DNA from: Sphaerodactylus townsendi
Taxonomy: Eukaryota
Assembly (NCBI RefSeq): GCF_021028975.2
Contig: NC_059438.1
Coordinates: forward strand, 21,266,001 to 21,330,000
DNA length: 64,000 nucleotides
Direction of reading: 5' to 3'
Shown here in pieces: positions 25,601 through 37,074 of this stretch. The notes below the pieces were generated by a model. It was not told where the DNA came from. It saw only the letters and a list, made by a program, of their open reading frames with translations, and did not search any database. Each line of letters starts with the position of its first letter. The stretch's first letter is position 1. A program made the translations under genes and the position numbers.

Positions 25601-28600
25601 TTGGATTTATATCTCCCCTTTCTCTCCTGTAAGGTGACTCAAAGGGGCTTACAATCTCCTTTCCCTACACCCCTCCCCCAACAAACACCCTGAGAGGTGT
25701 GTGGGGCTGAGAGAGCTCTGAAGAACTGTGACTAGCCCAAGGTCGCCCAGCTGGCATGTGTTGGAATGTCCAAGCTAATCTGGTTCACCAGATAAGCCTT
25801 CACAGCTCAAATGGCAGAGTGGGGAATCAAACCCAGTTCTCCAAATTAGAGTGCACCTGCTCTTAACCACTATACCACACTGGTTTAGTGTAAAAAGTGA
25901 GAATTACATCCGTCATCTGTACATGCACCACCAGGGGGCGGGGACACGGAAGGAGCACGAGCACCCTCTGGCCTTGTCTCCGCCCCCAGTGAGTGGCTGT
26001 CTTCAAGCATCACTTGAATGGAGGAAAGGTTTGTTGAAGTTTTTTTGCAGGAGGGTGGGGGGTGTTGAGGCAGCGGAGGTCAGCTGGGGACTGGGCAGGG
26101 GAGGGGCGCAACACAAGGTTTTGTAACGGTACACTTCAGGAGTAATCTGCCATTCATAGGATTTGTTCCCCTGGTCAACTTTTGTGAAGTAGAGCGCGCG
26201 TGAATATGCCACAGCCTAGCTCACCCTGTATTCAATCAGTCATTTATTTTATAGACCAGTGATGGCGAACCTTTTCGAGACCGAGTGCCCAAACTGCAAC
26301 CCAAAACCCACTTATTTATCGCAAAGTGCCAACACGACAATTTAACCTGAATACTGCAGCTTTAGTTTAGAAAGGTTGGCTCCAAGGCGTGCGTTACTCG
26401 GGAGTAAGCTTGGTGGTAGTCGGTGGCTCTGCTTTGAAGCATCACCCATTTGAACCGTGCAACTCTTCAAATGGGTGAATCATGATCCTAGGAGGGTTTA
26501 TTCAGAAGCAAGCCCCATTGCCAGCAATCGAGCTTACTCCCAGGTAAAGGATCACGCTTTAGTTCTTCGCATGAAAATCAGTGAGGTTTAACAGCATTTA
26601 TCAGGATTACCTACACTGCTTCCCCAAAGCTAGGCCTTAGGTTTAATGCTAATAATCGACCCCAGCGGCCCAGGCCAGCCTAGATGTAGGGGGGGCGACT
26701 CTGTTTGCACGTGCCCACAGAGGGGGCTCTGAGTGCCACCTCTGGCACCTGTGCCATAGGTTCGCCACCACTGTTATAGACCATCAGAATAAAACATACA
26801 TTTAACAGATTGTGTATTAGAACATATATACCATTTTTAGAACATATTCCATTGAGAGATATAAAAAATAGGTGTGTTATCTGTGTTATCTGACTCTGAC
26901 AGCTGCACAGAATCTGCCAACTCTAATCTGAAGGTTCAAAGTCTGCGAGAAGAAAGGAAGTACTCTTCCACTGATCTTGCCAGGATTTTTTTGGAGGATA
27001 GCTGTAATAAGCCTGATGTCATGATAGAAGAGGCAGTGTAGCAGCAGATGTTTCAATTAGCCATGTATTTGCATTGTGTGAGTATTTTACCCATGATAAT
27101 CAGAAGCCTGAAGTCTGCATTTATATCTTTCCTTTTGCAGAATAACAGTAATCCTGCCATGGATTTGCACCGTATCCCTCCTGGGCTTCTTGCCTTGGAC
27201 AGCATGGTCTACTTCTCCAGACACTTCCCAAGTGCCTACAGCCGGGTAATTTAAGAACCTGCTATCTTTTGCATTCTAATCTGGAGAACCGGGTTTGATT
27301 CCCCATTCCTTCTAATCTGGAGAACCGGGTTTGATTCCCCATTCCTTCTAATCTGGAGAACCGGGTTTGATTCTCCATTCCTTCTAATCTGGAGAACCGG
27401 GTTTGATTCCCCATTCCTCCACCTGAGTGGCGGAGGATTCTCTGGTGAACCAGACGTGTTTCCGCATTCCTACATTCCTGCTGGGTGACCGTGGGCTAGT
27501 CACAGTCCTTCGGAACTCTCTCAGCCCCGCCTGTTGTAGGGAAAGGAAGGGAAAGGAGTTTGTAAGCCAGGAGAGAAAGGCGGGGGGAGAAAGGCGGGGG
27601 GAGAAAGGCGGGGAGAGAAAGGCGGGGAGAGAAAGGCGGGGTATAAATCCAAACTCTTCTTCTTCCTGATGGACCAATGGTTTGAATTAATTTAAAAGAG
27701 CTTCATGTGTGACCATATGTAATGCAGATTTGAATCCCCACTCTTGTCATGGAAGTTGACTGTGTGAAGTTTGACCAATCTCACACTCTCAGTCTAATAT
27801 ACCGTACAGTTTAGTTGTGAGGATAAAATGGAGGAGAGAATGTTGGCAACCGTTTTGGGTCTCTGGTGGGGAGAAAAGTGGGGTATAAATGAAAACATAA
27901 ACAAAATAAACACACTCCTGAGCCTCATGACTATGCTGTCTCTTTTGCTCGGCTTCTGTGCTGTTTATGGGGCTGAGGAGACTCTGATCATGGTCTCTTT
28001 CTCTCAGTTCATCCTTGAGAACAGCAGCCGAGAAGACAAGCACGAGTGCCCATTTGCCCGGAGCAGCATCCAGCTTGCCTTCATACTCTGCGAGATCCTT
28101 CACGTGGGGGAGCCTTGTGAGTGCTGAATGCCCTCTCCATGACCCATAATGCTTTGGGATTGCCACTTTCGTTGGTGAGGCCATCTTTGTGAGCCAGCAG
28201 GAGATGTGATAATGCAGCAGGCCTTCTCTTTCCAATAATGGTGCCCCCTTGGAGGGTTGTGTAACCCAAGGCTGTCTTCAGCTTCAAGAAGAAAGGCAGC
28301 TAGTAGAAGTGTTAAGTAAATAAAAATAAGGCCTACAAAGCAGAAGGCACATAGCTGAGGTGATGAAGAGGTGGCTCAGCTGTAGAGAATACATTTGGGT
28401 ATTGTTCATGTAGTGCCTTGGGAAGACAGAGGATATCTTACTTACTTGGTTTAGCCTATAGAATTATATTCTTCCTAAAAAGGTACACCCACTATTTCCA
28501 TTTCATTTCACAAGAGCTGTTCTTCTCAGCCATTAAGAGCCAAACTAGACGTGAGGGCAGTGGTCCTGGGGCTCACCTGTGGCCTCTGACACAGTTCTAG

Positions 28601-31600
28601 AGGAGATTTTGCTGCGAAGATCCAATCAGGGCAGGATGGAGCATGTGGGAGAGTGGATATCGGCGATCTTCTCGAATGTTTTCTCCTTTAGAGCTTTATA
28701 AATGAATGGAAGAGTGGGAAGGCCCAGAGACCGTGTTGCTGTGTCGTTTCAGGCTCCGAGACCGCCCAGGCTTTTTACCCCATGTTCTTCGGCCAAGAAC
28801 ACTTTTTCGAGGAGCTCTTCTGTATCTGCATACAGCTGTTGAACAAGACCTGGAAGGAAATGCGAGCGACGCAGGAAGATTTTGACAAGGTGAGTCCTTG
28901 TTGTGATTTGCTCAGGGATGTGTTACCCGTACAGAGGAAACTCCAGACTCTTATCTGGTGAACCAGATTTGTTTCCCTGGTCCTATATTCTTGCTGGATG
29001 ACCTTTGGCTAGTCACAGTTCTCCCAGAACTCTCTCAGCCCCACCTACCTTACAAGGTGTTTGTTGTGGGGAGAGGAAAGGAAAGGAGTTTATAAGCTGC
29101 CTTGAGTCTCCTTACGGGACAGAAAGGTGGGGTATAAATCCAAATTCTTCTCCTTCACTGAATCATTGGTGGCTGGCTAGAAACGCTACGTTCTAAGTGA
29201 ATGGTTCATTTTGAAAACCTGTTCCTTATTGTTTGAGCCCAGCAAGGACTGTGGAGGGTATGATTGATTTGTTGTGGGAAGGGGGTGGGGCTCCCTGTCT
29301 ATCTGGCTGGGATGACTCTCTTTGGCTCCTGCAGGTGATGCAAGTGGTCCGGGAGCAAATCACCAGGACTCTGATCTTAAGGCCCACCTCCTTGGAACTC
29401 TTCAAGAGCCGAGTGAATGCCCTGAACTACAGCGAGATCCTGCGTCTCCGCCAGACGGAACGAATGCACCAGGAGGAGATTTTAGCTGCGCCAGTCCTGT
29501 GAGTGCAAAGGTGTCGGAGCTTTGTGCATTTGCATATGTGATGGGCCAAAATCAGTTTTTGTGTTGGCTGCATCCCTGCCTTTTAGCTTCCAGGTACCCA
29601 CCTAATGGATGAGTGTCTGTACTGTTCCCAGTGGTGAGCTTTCCCACATGTTCAAATCACGGGTGGAGACCTCGTTTCAAGTTTTCTTGAGGGGCGGAAT
29701 GAATTCAGGTGGGATTTGGGGCAGGGCCTTTTCAGTAGCCACCCCTTCATTATGAAATTTTCTCTCCAGAGAGGCACACCGAACTCTCAGTTTATTTTTT
29801 AAGGAGCTGTAAAAAGCTTGTCCCCTTCTACAACTGGAAGCAAAACTGAGTTAAGTAGGAAGCAAGGACAACTTTGCCTGAGTCTCCTTCTTTCTATGGC
29901 CCGTTGGGTTCCCAGGCGTTTTATCTACAGTGCTCCCCTGATTCCTGTGGCCTGGTCTTTTCAGGAGGATGCTGGAGGAAAGGTGGAGAAAAATCTGTGT
30001 TTGTAGGATGGTGAGGGGTGTGTATGCATGGAGCACAGTGGAGGTCATCCCCAGGCCTGTGTTGAAAGCCTTGCCCCTCATTGCATCATGTTTTGGTCCT
30101 AGGGAGCTGAGAGAGCAGCTGAAACCAGAACTGCTCAAGCTGATCCAGCAGCAGAGGCTTCTACACCTCTGCGAAGGAACGCTTTTCCGTAAGATCAGCA
30201 GCCGGCGCAGGCAGGGTAAGTATCAGAGATGTGGTCAAAGGTGACCTATGGTAGGATTGCCCACTCTGGGTTGGAAACATCCTGGAAATTTGGGGGCGGA
30301 GCCTGAGAGAGGAGGGGCCTCAGCAAGGTACAAAACCATAGAGTCTAACCTCCAAAGCAGCCATTTTCTCCAAGGACTTGATCTGTGTAGTCTGGAGATC
30401 AGTTGTACTTCTGGGAGATTTCCAGGCCTCACCTGGAGGTTGGCAACCCTAGCTTTGCAGATATAGGAGGGGGAGATTAATGCGTTTGGCTATACCCGGG
30501 GAGGAGATTATCTAGGAAGCTCAGCCACAAATAGGGGTCCACAGTCCCATGGTTTGTGACTCCCATTTCCAAGAACTTTTGGCCTTCATGGGAAAAAATG
30601 TGAAGTCAGATTTCTAAACCATTAAAAGCCAGATAACCAAGGAGTTGAAACGTGAAAGGAAGAAGGTGGGGAAAATTGCCCCACAGATTTGGGAAGGAAT
30701 AGCAGCTTTGCATGCAGAAGATCTTGAGTTCAGCCTTCAGTCTCTCCAGTTAAAGGGTCCCTGGTTGCAGGTGTGTGGAAGAAATCCTTGCAGCTGCCAG
30801 TCAGAGCAGGCAATGCTGAACCAGACAGATCTAATAGTCTACTTCAGCCTTTATGGTGCTGAGAACTTGCTGCTGGCAATGAGGTGGAAAGGGCTGGAAA
30901 AAAAAGAAGTTGGCCGTCATTGCAAGTCTATATTAGTTCTATTGCATATATTTCTGTGCCCTTAATTGTACACTATGGGTGACTCTGCCCACACCTTCTC
31001 TCTTTGACAGATAAGCTCTGGTACTGCCGCCTTTCTCCCAACTACAAATTTCTGCACTATGGAGATGTTGAAGAAGGTACAGAAAGCCCACCTGTCGAAA
31101 GCCTGCAGGACAAAGGTAGGGCGACTCTTCCCCGTGTACTTATAAGACTTTTTCCTCTCCCCCTGGCACCAATGACCTGCATTCCTGGGCCTTGGGTGGG
31201 CATCTTATTGTCTGTGCAGGTGGGAAAACCCAGAAATAGTTACACATCCTCTTAAGCTATGCATGCTTCACTGTGAGAAATACTGCCCAGCATGGCGTTG
31301 AGTTAAGAGCAGGTACACTCTAATCTGGAGAACTGGGTTTGATTTCCCACTCCTCCACCTGAGTGGCAGAGGCTTGTTTGGTGAATCAGATTGGCTTGTG
31401 TGCTCCAGCACATGCCATCTAGGTGACCTTGGGCTAGTCACAGTTCTTTGGAGCTCTCTCAGGCCCACCCACCTCACAGGGTGTTTGTTGTTAGGGGAGA
31501 AGGGAAAGGAGTTTTAAGCTCCTTACAGGAGAGAAAGGGGGGATATTTCTCCTCCTCCTCCCCGCCTCCTCCTCCTCCCCTCCTCCTCCTCCACCACCAC

Positions 31601-33509
31601 CACCATCATTCTGATTTCCTCATTTTGTTTCTGTTAAGTTGTGCACAGGTTGTGCAGCTCAAAGGATAATTAACCTGCATATGTATTTGTCTGCAGTTCC
31701 TGTGGCAGATATGAAAGCACTCTTGGTTGGCCGGGACTGCCCACATACAAAGGAGAAGAGTTCTGGCAAGCAGAATAAGGTCAGTCCTTGTTGTGTCTTG
31801 TCCACTGCCTTCTTTCCCCCTCCCCAGTTCTTTGCCAGCGGGGGTGTTTGTGTGCCCTCTGTTCTAGGGTTAGTTGCCCCACAAGGCACAAGTCTCCCAT
31901 GGTTTGTAGTGTAGAGGCCCTCCCCTCTCCTTGAAGATTCACTGGGGTCAAATGTAGGTAGCTAAGGTCAATCCAGAAACGTTGTGCCTTCATCGCATGC
32001 GACTGGTGTGGTCTTCCAGGAAGTTGAGGTATCCTGACTGGGATGGCCCGCGCCAGCCTGCTGTAGTCATATCTCAGAAGCTAAGCAAGGTCAGCCCTGG
32101 TTAGCAGTTGGATGGGAGACCATGAAGGAAGTCCAGGTTGGCTAACACAGAGGCAGACAACACAAGCCACTTCTGTTCATCTCTTGCCTCGAAAACCCTA
32201 AAAAGTCACCATATGTTGGTTGCAACTTGATGAACTTTCCACCACCATGACAATCTCTGCTTGCCAGATAGCAGGAAAGCCAAGCGCTTGCTGAATGGCA
32301 AAGTAGCACCTGCAAGTGAAATCCAAAGTGTCCAGATAAAGAGTTAAAACTAGGCAAGGCAAGGTGGCCACAGGTTCCTGTTTGCTGGGAACCGTGTGCA
32401 TAAGCAGAGTTGGGGCTACTGGTTAATGCCATGGATGTTTGTCTGATTCTTTTCTGGGCCTCCGTTCGTGAGGTCACTATAAGGGGTGGTGTACCCGCAC
32501 AAGCATCCGGAGTCCTTCTCGTATTGTTCTTCCCTCCAGGATCTTCTGGACCTTGCCTTTTCCATAAGCTATGATGTTGGAGAATATTTGAATTTTATTG
32601 CCCCGACACGATACGAGGTGAGCTGCTGCGTAGGGGTGTTCGTGCCTGAAGAGAATGGAGTGGGGGAAGGAATATAGATACATGTATGATGTCTTGAATG
32701 TAGGTAGTCGCTGGAGCAGGGCTCGGGGTTCTGGACGGGGGCTTTGCTGCATCAAGGCGGAAATGTAGCTGGTAGGAGAGAGTTTGCAGGGTGGTGGTGG
32801 TGGGGGTAATAGTGGTACACAACCCCTCATGTTGGAATATGGACTCCGCCCCAACCTCAATGAGTATCAGCAGGAGGCTGGATCCACCACTGAAGGGACA
32901 CTATTCCAGCCACCCATGATGTAGAGCTGAAACAGGAGTTGAGATGAGCTGATGCCCTTCTCCCTTCCTCTGTTCTAGGGTTAGTTGCCAGTGTGGTGTA
33001 GTGGTTAAGAGCAGGTGCACTCTAATCTGGAGAACCGGGTTTGATTCCCCACTCTGCCACTTGAGCTGTGGACGCTTATCTGGGGAACCAGATTAGCTTG
33101 AGCACCCCAACACGTGCCAGCTGGCTGACCTTGGGCTAGTCACAGTTCTTTGGAGCTCTCTCAGCCCCACCTACCTCACAGGGTGTTTGTTGTGAGGGTG
33201 GGTGGAGGAGAAAGGAGATTGTAAGCCCCTTTGAGTCTCCTTGCAGGAGAGAAGGGGAGGACATAAATCCAAACTCTTCTTCTTTTTCTCTTTCAGTTCT
33301 GCCTGTGGACAGATGGGTTGAATGTGCTCCTGGGCCGAGACATGGCAAGCGAGCGCACCCAGACCGACCTGGATATCCTGCTGTCGATGGAGCTGAAACT
33401 GCGGCTGCTAGACCTGGAGAACATTCCCATCCCAGATGCCCCACCGGTCATCCCAAAGCCCCCCAGTAACTTAAACTTCTGCTATGATTTCACCCATGTG
33501 GAACAGTGA
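16678..33509 (+). CDS. ELMO3: Engulfment and cell motility protein 3 (718 aa)
   Basis: 20 GT-AG coding exons: 16678-16755, 17306-17346, 18597-18669, 18800-18850, 19589-19758, 20902-21001, 21798-21949, 23211-23289, 23568-23618, 23909-24031, 24955-25086, 27141-27245, 28008-28116, 28753-28889, 29335-29498, 30103-30215, 31011-31115, 31697-31779, 32540-32617, 33297-33509. Total 2157 nt, one open frame: [14 protein letters not shown]...[20 protein letters not shown]...[18 protein letters not shown]...[10 protein letters not shown] (PH domain)...[22 protein letters not shown]. Paralog assigned by sequence and by position next to E2F4. Confidence 0.96.
16829..16965. mobile_element. Palindromic hAT MITE nested in a Penelope relic
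   Basis: Fold-back CCGTGGTGGCGAACC...GGTTCACCACCACTG; 8-bp TSD CACTAGGG. Confidence 0.92.
17016..17058 (+). ncRNA. Minimal type I hammerhead ribozyme motif (Penelope-associated)
   Basis: TCCT-CTGAAGA-T-GCC-agccacagatgca-GGC-GAAA-CG-TC/AGGA: core CUGANGA and GAAA, stem II GCC/GGC, stem I TCCT/AGGA, GUC cleavage triplet, palindromic ACGT stem III. Confidence 0.72.
17995..18560 (+). mobile_element. L2-clade LINE 3' fragment with (TAAA)n tail
   Basis: Encodes [43 protein letters not shown], an L2 ORF2 C-terminus, then a 3' UTR and TAAA repeats ending ~36 bp before ELMO3 coding exon 3. Confidence 0.85.
21337..21656 (+). mobile_element. Squam3-like SINE, young CpG-retaining copy
   Basis: Full length; short duplication in the head (AGTGGCTAAGAGC x2); long (CTT)n tail. 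Confidence 0.9.
22572..22615. repeat. (GA)n microsatellite
   Basis: About 22 GA units directly before the Tc2-like MITE. Confidence 0.95.
22622..22853. mobile_element. Tc1/mariner-superfamily (Tc2/pogo-like) MITE
   Basis: TA|CCCTGTTTCCCCGAATATAAGACA ... TGTCTTATTTTCGGGGAAACACGG|TA, with repeated internal AAAATAAGAC modules. Confidence 0.85.
24180..24660 (-). mobile_element. Non-LTR retrotransposon 3' fragment with CCHC zinc knuckle
   Basis: ORF 24263-24568 contains [20 protein letters not shown]; (ATGAA)n-like tail. A similar fragment lies at ~62520-63000. Confidence 0.7.
25117..25262. mobile_element. Palindromic hAT MITE (146 bp)
   Basis: Same family as 16829-16965; 8-bp TSD TTCTAGAG; lies 30 bp downstream of an ELMO3 donor site. 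Confidence 0.92.
25587..25883 (-). mobile_element. Squam3-like SINE
   Basis: Full-length reverse copy. Confidence 0.88.
26257..26773 (+). mobile_element. Non-autonomous hAT transposon (517 bp)
   Basis: TIRs CAGTGATGGCGAACC / GGTTCGCCACCACTG; perfect 8-bp TSD TTATAGAC. Confidence 0.92.
27275..27665 (+). mobile_element. Squam3-like SINE with 4x36-bp tandem amplification of the B-box region
   Basis: TCTAATCTGGAGAACCGGGTTTGATTCCCCATTCCT starts at 27275, 27311, 27347 and 27383; GAGAAAGGCGGGG is repeated at ~27573-27641. Confidence 0.9.
31286..31610 (+). mobile_element. Squam3-like SINE with (CCT)n/(CCA)n tail
   Basis: Standard body; tail expanded into a trinucleotide microsatellite. Confidence 0.82.
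32040..32240 (+). mobile_element. 5S rRNA-headed SINE with Sauria/RTE-type tail
   Basis: ATCTCAGAAGCTAAGCAAGGTCAGCCCTGGTTAGCAGTTGGATGGGAGACC is the 5S internal control region, followed by a CATCTCTTGCCTCGAAAACCCT tail. Related copies at ~6310-6460 (-), ~15410-15580 (+), ~59960-60150 (-). Confidence 0.75.
32987..33283 (+). mobile_element. Squam3-like SINE abutting the last ELMO3 acceptor
   Basis: Full-length copy whose tail AAATCCAAACTCTTCTTCTT runs directly into TTTCTCTTTCAG|exon (33297). Confidence 0.9.
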
Positions 33510-36437
33510 AGGCTGCTGCTGCTTCCAAGCGTATGCTGCCCTTTGCCCACGGCCATCCCACCTCTTCTCAAGGTCTATGGCTGATCTTCCACATTATGGG
33601 TTGGAAGGTCAGGGGTGTTCCCTGGGCCTGTGCACCCCCTTTTCCTTCCCCCACCTTTCTCACTTGTGGATTTTTTCTTCCATTTGCGTTAGCAGAATTT
33701 CCCATGATGTCCAAGATAGGCAAACAAAGGATTTGCACTAACCTTCAAACCGTGGTTTGAGGTTAGTACTAATCACAGTTTGGCCAATCCAGACATCAGA
33801 GCTAATTAATGCAATCCAGGGAAAGGAGGGAAGGATTATATGAGCTCTCTGTGCATTCCTAATCACCTGAAGCCTTACTCACAAGTGACAATGCACACAT
33901 GTACAATCTGTATACAGCATACAATTTTCCTTTATGCATGCATTGAATAATTATCATGTTACATTCAATGCATATACAGCAGAACAAGTGATTTAATCTA
34001 TTTATTCGATGATGGAGGTACTAGTATTTATCTAGGTAATAACCCCTGGGTTCATTTGTAGATTACACACTAGCTGTTTCTTAACAAAGTACCCACGTAC
34101 GTTCAGGACGTATGTATGTTCACTGTAATGTGAACAGGGCTTTTATGGCGCCTGGACGTGATGCGTATGTTTGTACTACTAAAACCAATCGGAAAATCCA
34201 TTTTCAGTTATCAGAAATTGCTAGATCTTTCTCAATTGTCCACATTTCTCAGGTTAGGATTCTTCTGAGTTGATTTTAAACTTTTTTTTATTTTGCAAAT
34301 GTAACCACTAGGTGTGCTTGATGGCGGAGGCAAACAACATGGGGATTGAAAGAGGGAAAATTTGAACCCATTTACGCCTTCTGTTTTCTCACAGGAAAAA
34401 GCCACCCAAGCTTCCTTCGGCATTTTTCCGCCTAGTTGGAAAAAACCCACCACAGGAGCGACTTTTTAAAGATGCTTTAAAATAACCACAGGAAGCAATC
34501 ATGAAGTGGGATTAAGCCCCCATTTTGGACGTGCCCAATAGAATCTGATTGCTTCTGCACTTAGGTTTCCTACGTCGGGCTGACCTAAGAAACTTGGTAG
34601 GGTTGTGCTCGCTGTCAGAAAAAGTGTTCCCAGTTTTCTTTACTGGTTTGGGCTGCTGACGAAACACAAGCTTCTTTTGGCCTACAGTGAATATAAGAAG
34701 GGGCAGGAAGCCGTTCTAGAACAGCCAGGTGCTTGGTCTAGCGCCCAGCATCAGTTCCCAACAGTGGCCAGCTAGATTCGTCCAATCATTTGCAAGCGAG
34801 TCACAAATCTTCCCCAACTATCCCCTCATTTTTATGAGGAATTCTAGGATTACTGTTGATGGTACAATCCACAAGAGCCCCAAGCAAGGCATTTTGATGG
34901 TATCTGGTGGATGGAATCCATTTTTTCCTTTAGCTTTTTTCCCAAGCAAGCCAGGGTGAAATGAATGGCTTCTTCGTTCCCTGTGCCACCCAAACATTTT
35001 CAGTTTTTGTTTAGCTGATGGCACTTGATCTGCCTTTGGTACATTCTTGTGAGGCAGAAATTAGCACTTTACCAAACTAGCTCCCTCCCACAGGCGCAGG
35101 TACGTTGCCAGTCTACCTGAGCAACAGAAGAGGGCTGAAATGGTGGGGGCAGATACGCTATTCAGAAATGCAGGTCCATTTTGTTTTTTCTTTTGGGAGC
35201 TGCCAGCTGGGTGTGGTACAGGAAGGCTCCCCTTCTCCTCTCAGAATACTTTCCATCTTGTGCCTATTCAGAAACATATTCTGAAACAGCGCCCTGATAT
35301 TCTCTGCTCACATGTGTGATTCAGTATGTCCAGCAAGAACTGTATGTACTTTAAAAAAGAAAACCAAACAAATACAAATTCTACATTGGCAGAAGCAGAT
35401 TGGGTGACTGGGGCAAGTCTGCACGTTTTGGATAGTTTTGTTTCACGTAATTCTGCACTGTTTACCATTTTGTATAACTTGTGCCATTTCTGTTGGCCTT
35501 AGGGAAAGCCAACGGGCTTCAGCCCTGCCCTCTGGCTAACAGCTGTTTTTCTTCCTTCTGACATTGTATCTGCACGCTTTTTCAAACCTGCTTTTTTGAT
35601 TGATGGCTTGGGGGGGAAAAAGCAAAAGGTGAGATTCTCAGGAAATTGATTTCTACACCCACTGTCACCTTTTACTGTTGATTTCCTTCTGCACAAAATG
35701 GTGGTTAGTCACACTTCTGTTTTTTAGCCTTTTTTAAAACTAGCTGATTTTGAGTATTCTAAAGAGATCCGGGGGGGAGATGTCAAATTGAGGTTGACAC
35801 CTCTGAGCATCCCAGCTCCCTCCCAATTACAGGGAGATTTAGTACTTTGAGGCTGAAGCTCACCCTTCCATACCAGTCGCATGCCTTTCAGGGCACTTTG
35901 GCCTCAACAGGGTAGGGCTCCGCCTGATACTGGCTGTCTTGGATTGCCTGACAGCCACTCACTCCATCAGAACCTCAGTATTTTGGACAGAGGCAGAGCT
36001 TTCTGGAGATGCTTTGGGTTGGAGATACCAGGTTTGCACTGGGAACCTTGTGAAGGAGAGAAGCTGCCACTGGCCCACCCCCTGTAGGGATCTTGTTCCC
36101 AGCTTGGAAGATCATCAGCGGCACTTCTTTCTCCTACCTGTTTTGAAGAACACGTGACTGTTTTTTGTATGAACGCTGTAAATGTAGCACAGATGTCTCT
36201 TTCCCCCCAGATACGATGTGCCCTCTTTAGAAACACAATGAGTCCACTGCACTGGAAATTCCATTTTTTTCACTTCTTTTTGTATTAATGGTTCTTGTGG
36301 AACATTGACCAATAGACCCTTTCCCTCACCCTCCTGAGCAAGACTTGGAAAGGGACTTCTGGGCCTCTCTGTTTTCTCCCTGCTCAGGTGCATCTACTGT
36401 AACGTGTTCACTATGGCACTGCCCCAGGACTGAAACT

Positions 36438-36443
36438 ATTAAA
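36438..36443 (+). terminator. Candidate ELMO3 poly(A) signal
   Basis: ATTAAA followed by a GT-rich element (ttgccttgtgtttgtgtcttg). I saw no + strand AATAAA between 33510 and 37075. Confidence 0.5.
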
Positions 36444-37074
36444 AGGGAAATGATTTTGATGGAGTTTTGGCGTTGCCTTGTGTTTGTGTCTTGAGTCTTG
36501 CAACCTATTGCGGCAAGTGGTTTTTGCTGCCTGCCTTGCTTTAAAGATGCCGTCCCTCTTATTGAATCGTGGAAAACATGCGGTGGTCAAAAATGTCACT
36601 TTGGTGATTCTGGAGGGGTAGGCGTGTTTAGACTGTTGCGGCAAAAAGAACACTGGTGTCTGGTAGCACGTTAAAGGCTGATGAAGTTTATTCCAGCATT
36701 GGCTTTTGTGAGTCAGGTCTCACATCGCTTGACTTCACTGTGCATCTCGGGAAGTGAGGTTTGACTCAAAAAAGCCAGTGACGGAGTAAGTCTTTAAGAT
36801 GCTCCTGGCCTGAGCTAGATGACTCAGGCTAACCTGATCTTATCATGTGCAGAGTGGAAGTCTTGCTGTGGGAAGTCTGGCACTACCCCCCTCCCTCCCC
36901 CAAGCAGGCAACGGCACAGCTGTGCTTAAGAGCAACAACTTGGCCAACTTTGGCTACCCTCCATTCCTTTTGCGGCGTTATTGTTGGGCATTGAGATGAC
37001 GAGGCAGGAGCTGTTTTAAGGCGCTGCGCCCCAGCCGAGAGCTGAGCGGATTTGTCCACCTGATGGAGCCTTTT

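Noticed and set aside
27275-27418. 4 x 36-bp direct repeats resembling a CRISPR array
   Set aside because: The units are contiguous with no spacers, derive from a SINE head, and lie in a vertebrate intron.
27246-28007. miR-328, which lies in an ELMO3 intron in human
   Set aside because: I saw no matching hairpin here or in neighbouring introns; as I recall the miRNA is mammal-specific.
32040-32125. 5S rRNA-like sequence
   Set aside because: Partial, diverged and fused to a retroposon tail: a SINE head rather than an rRNA gene.
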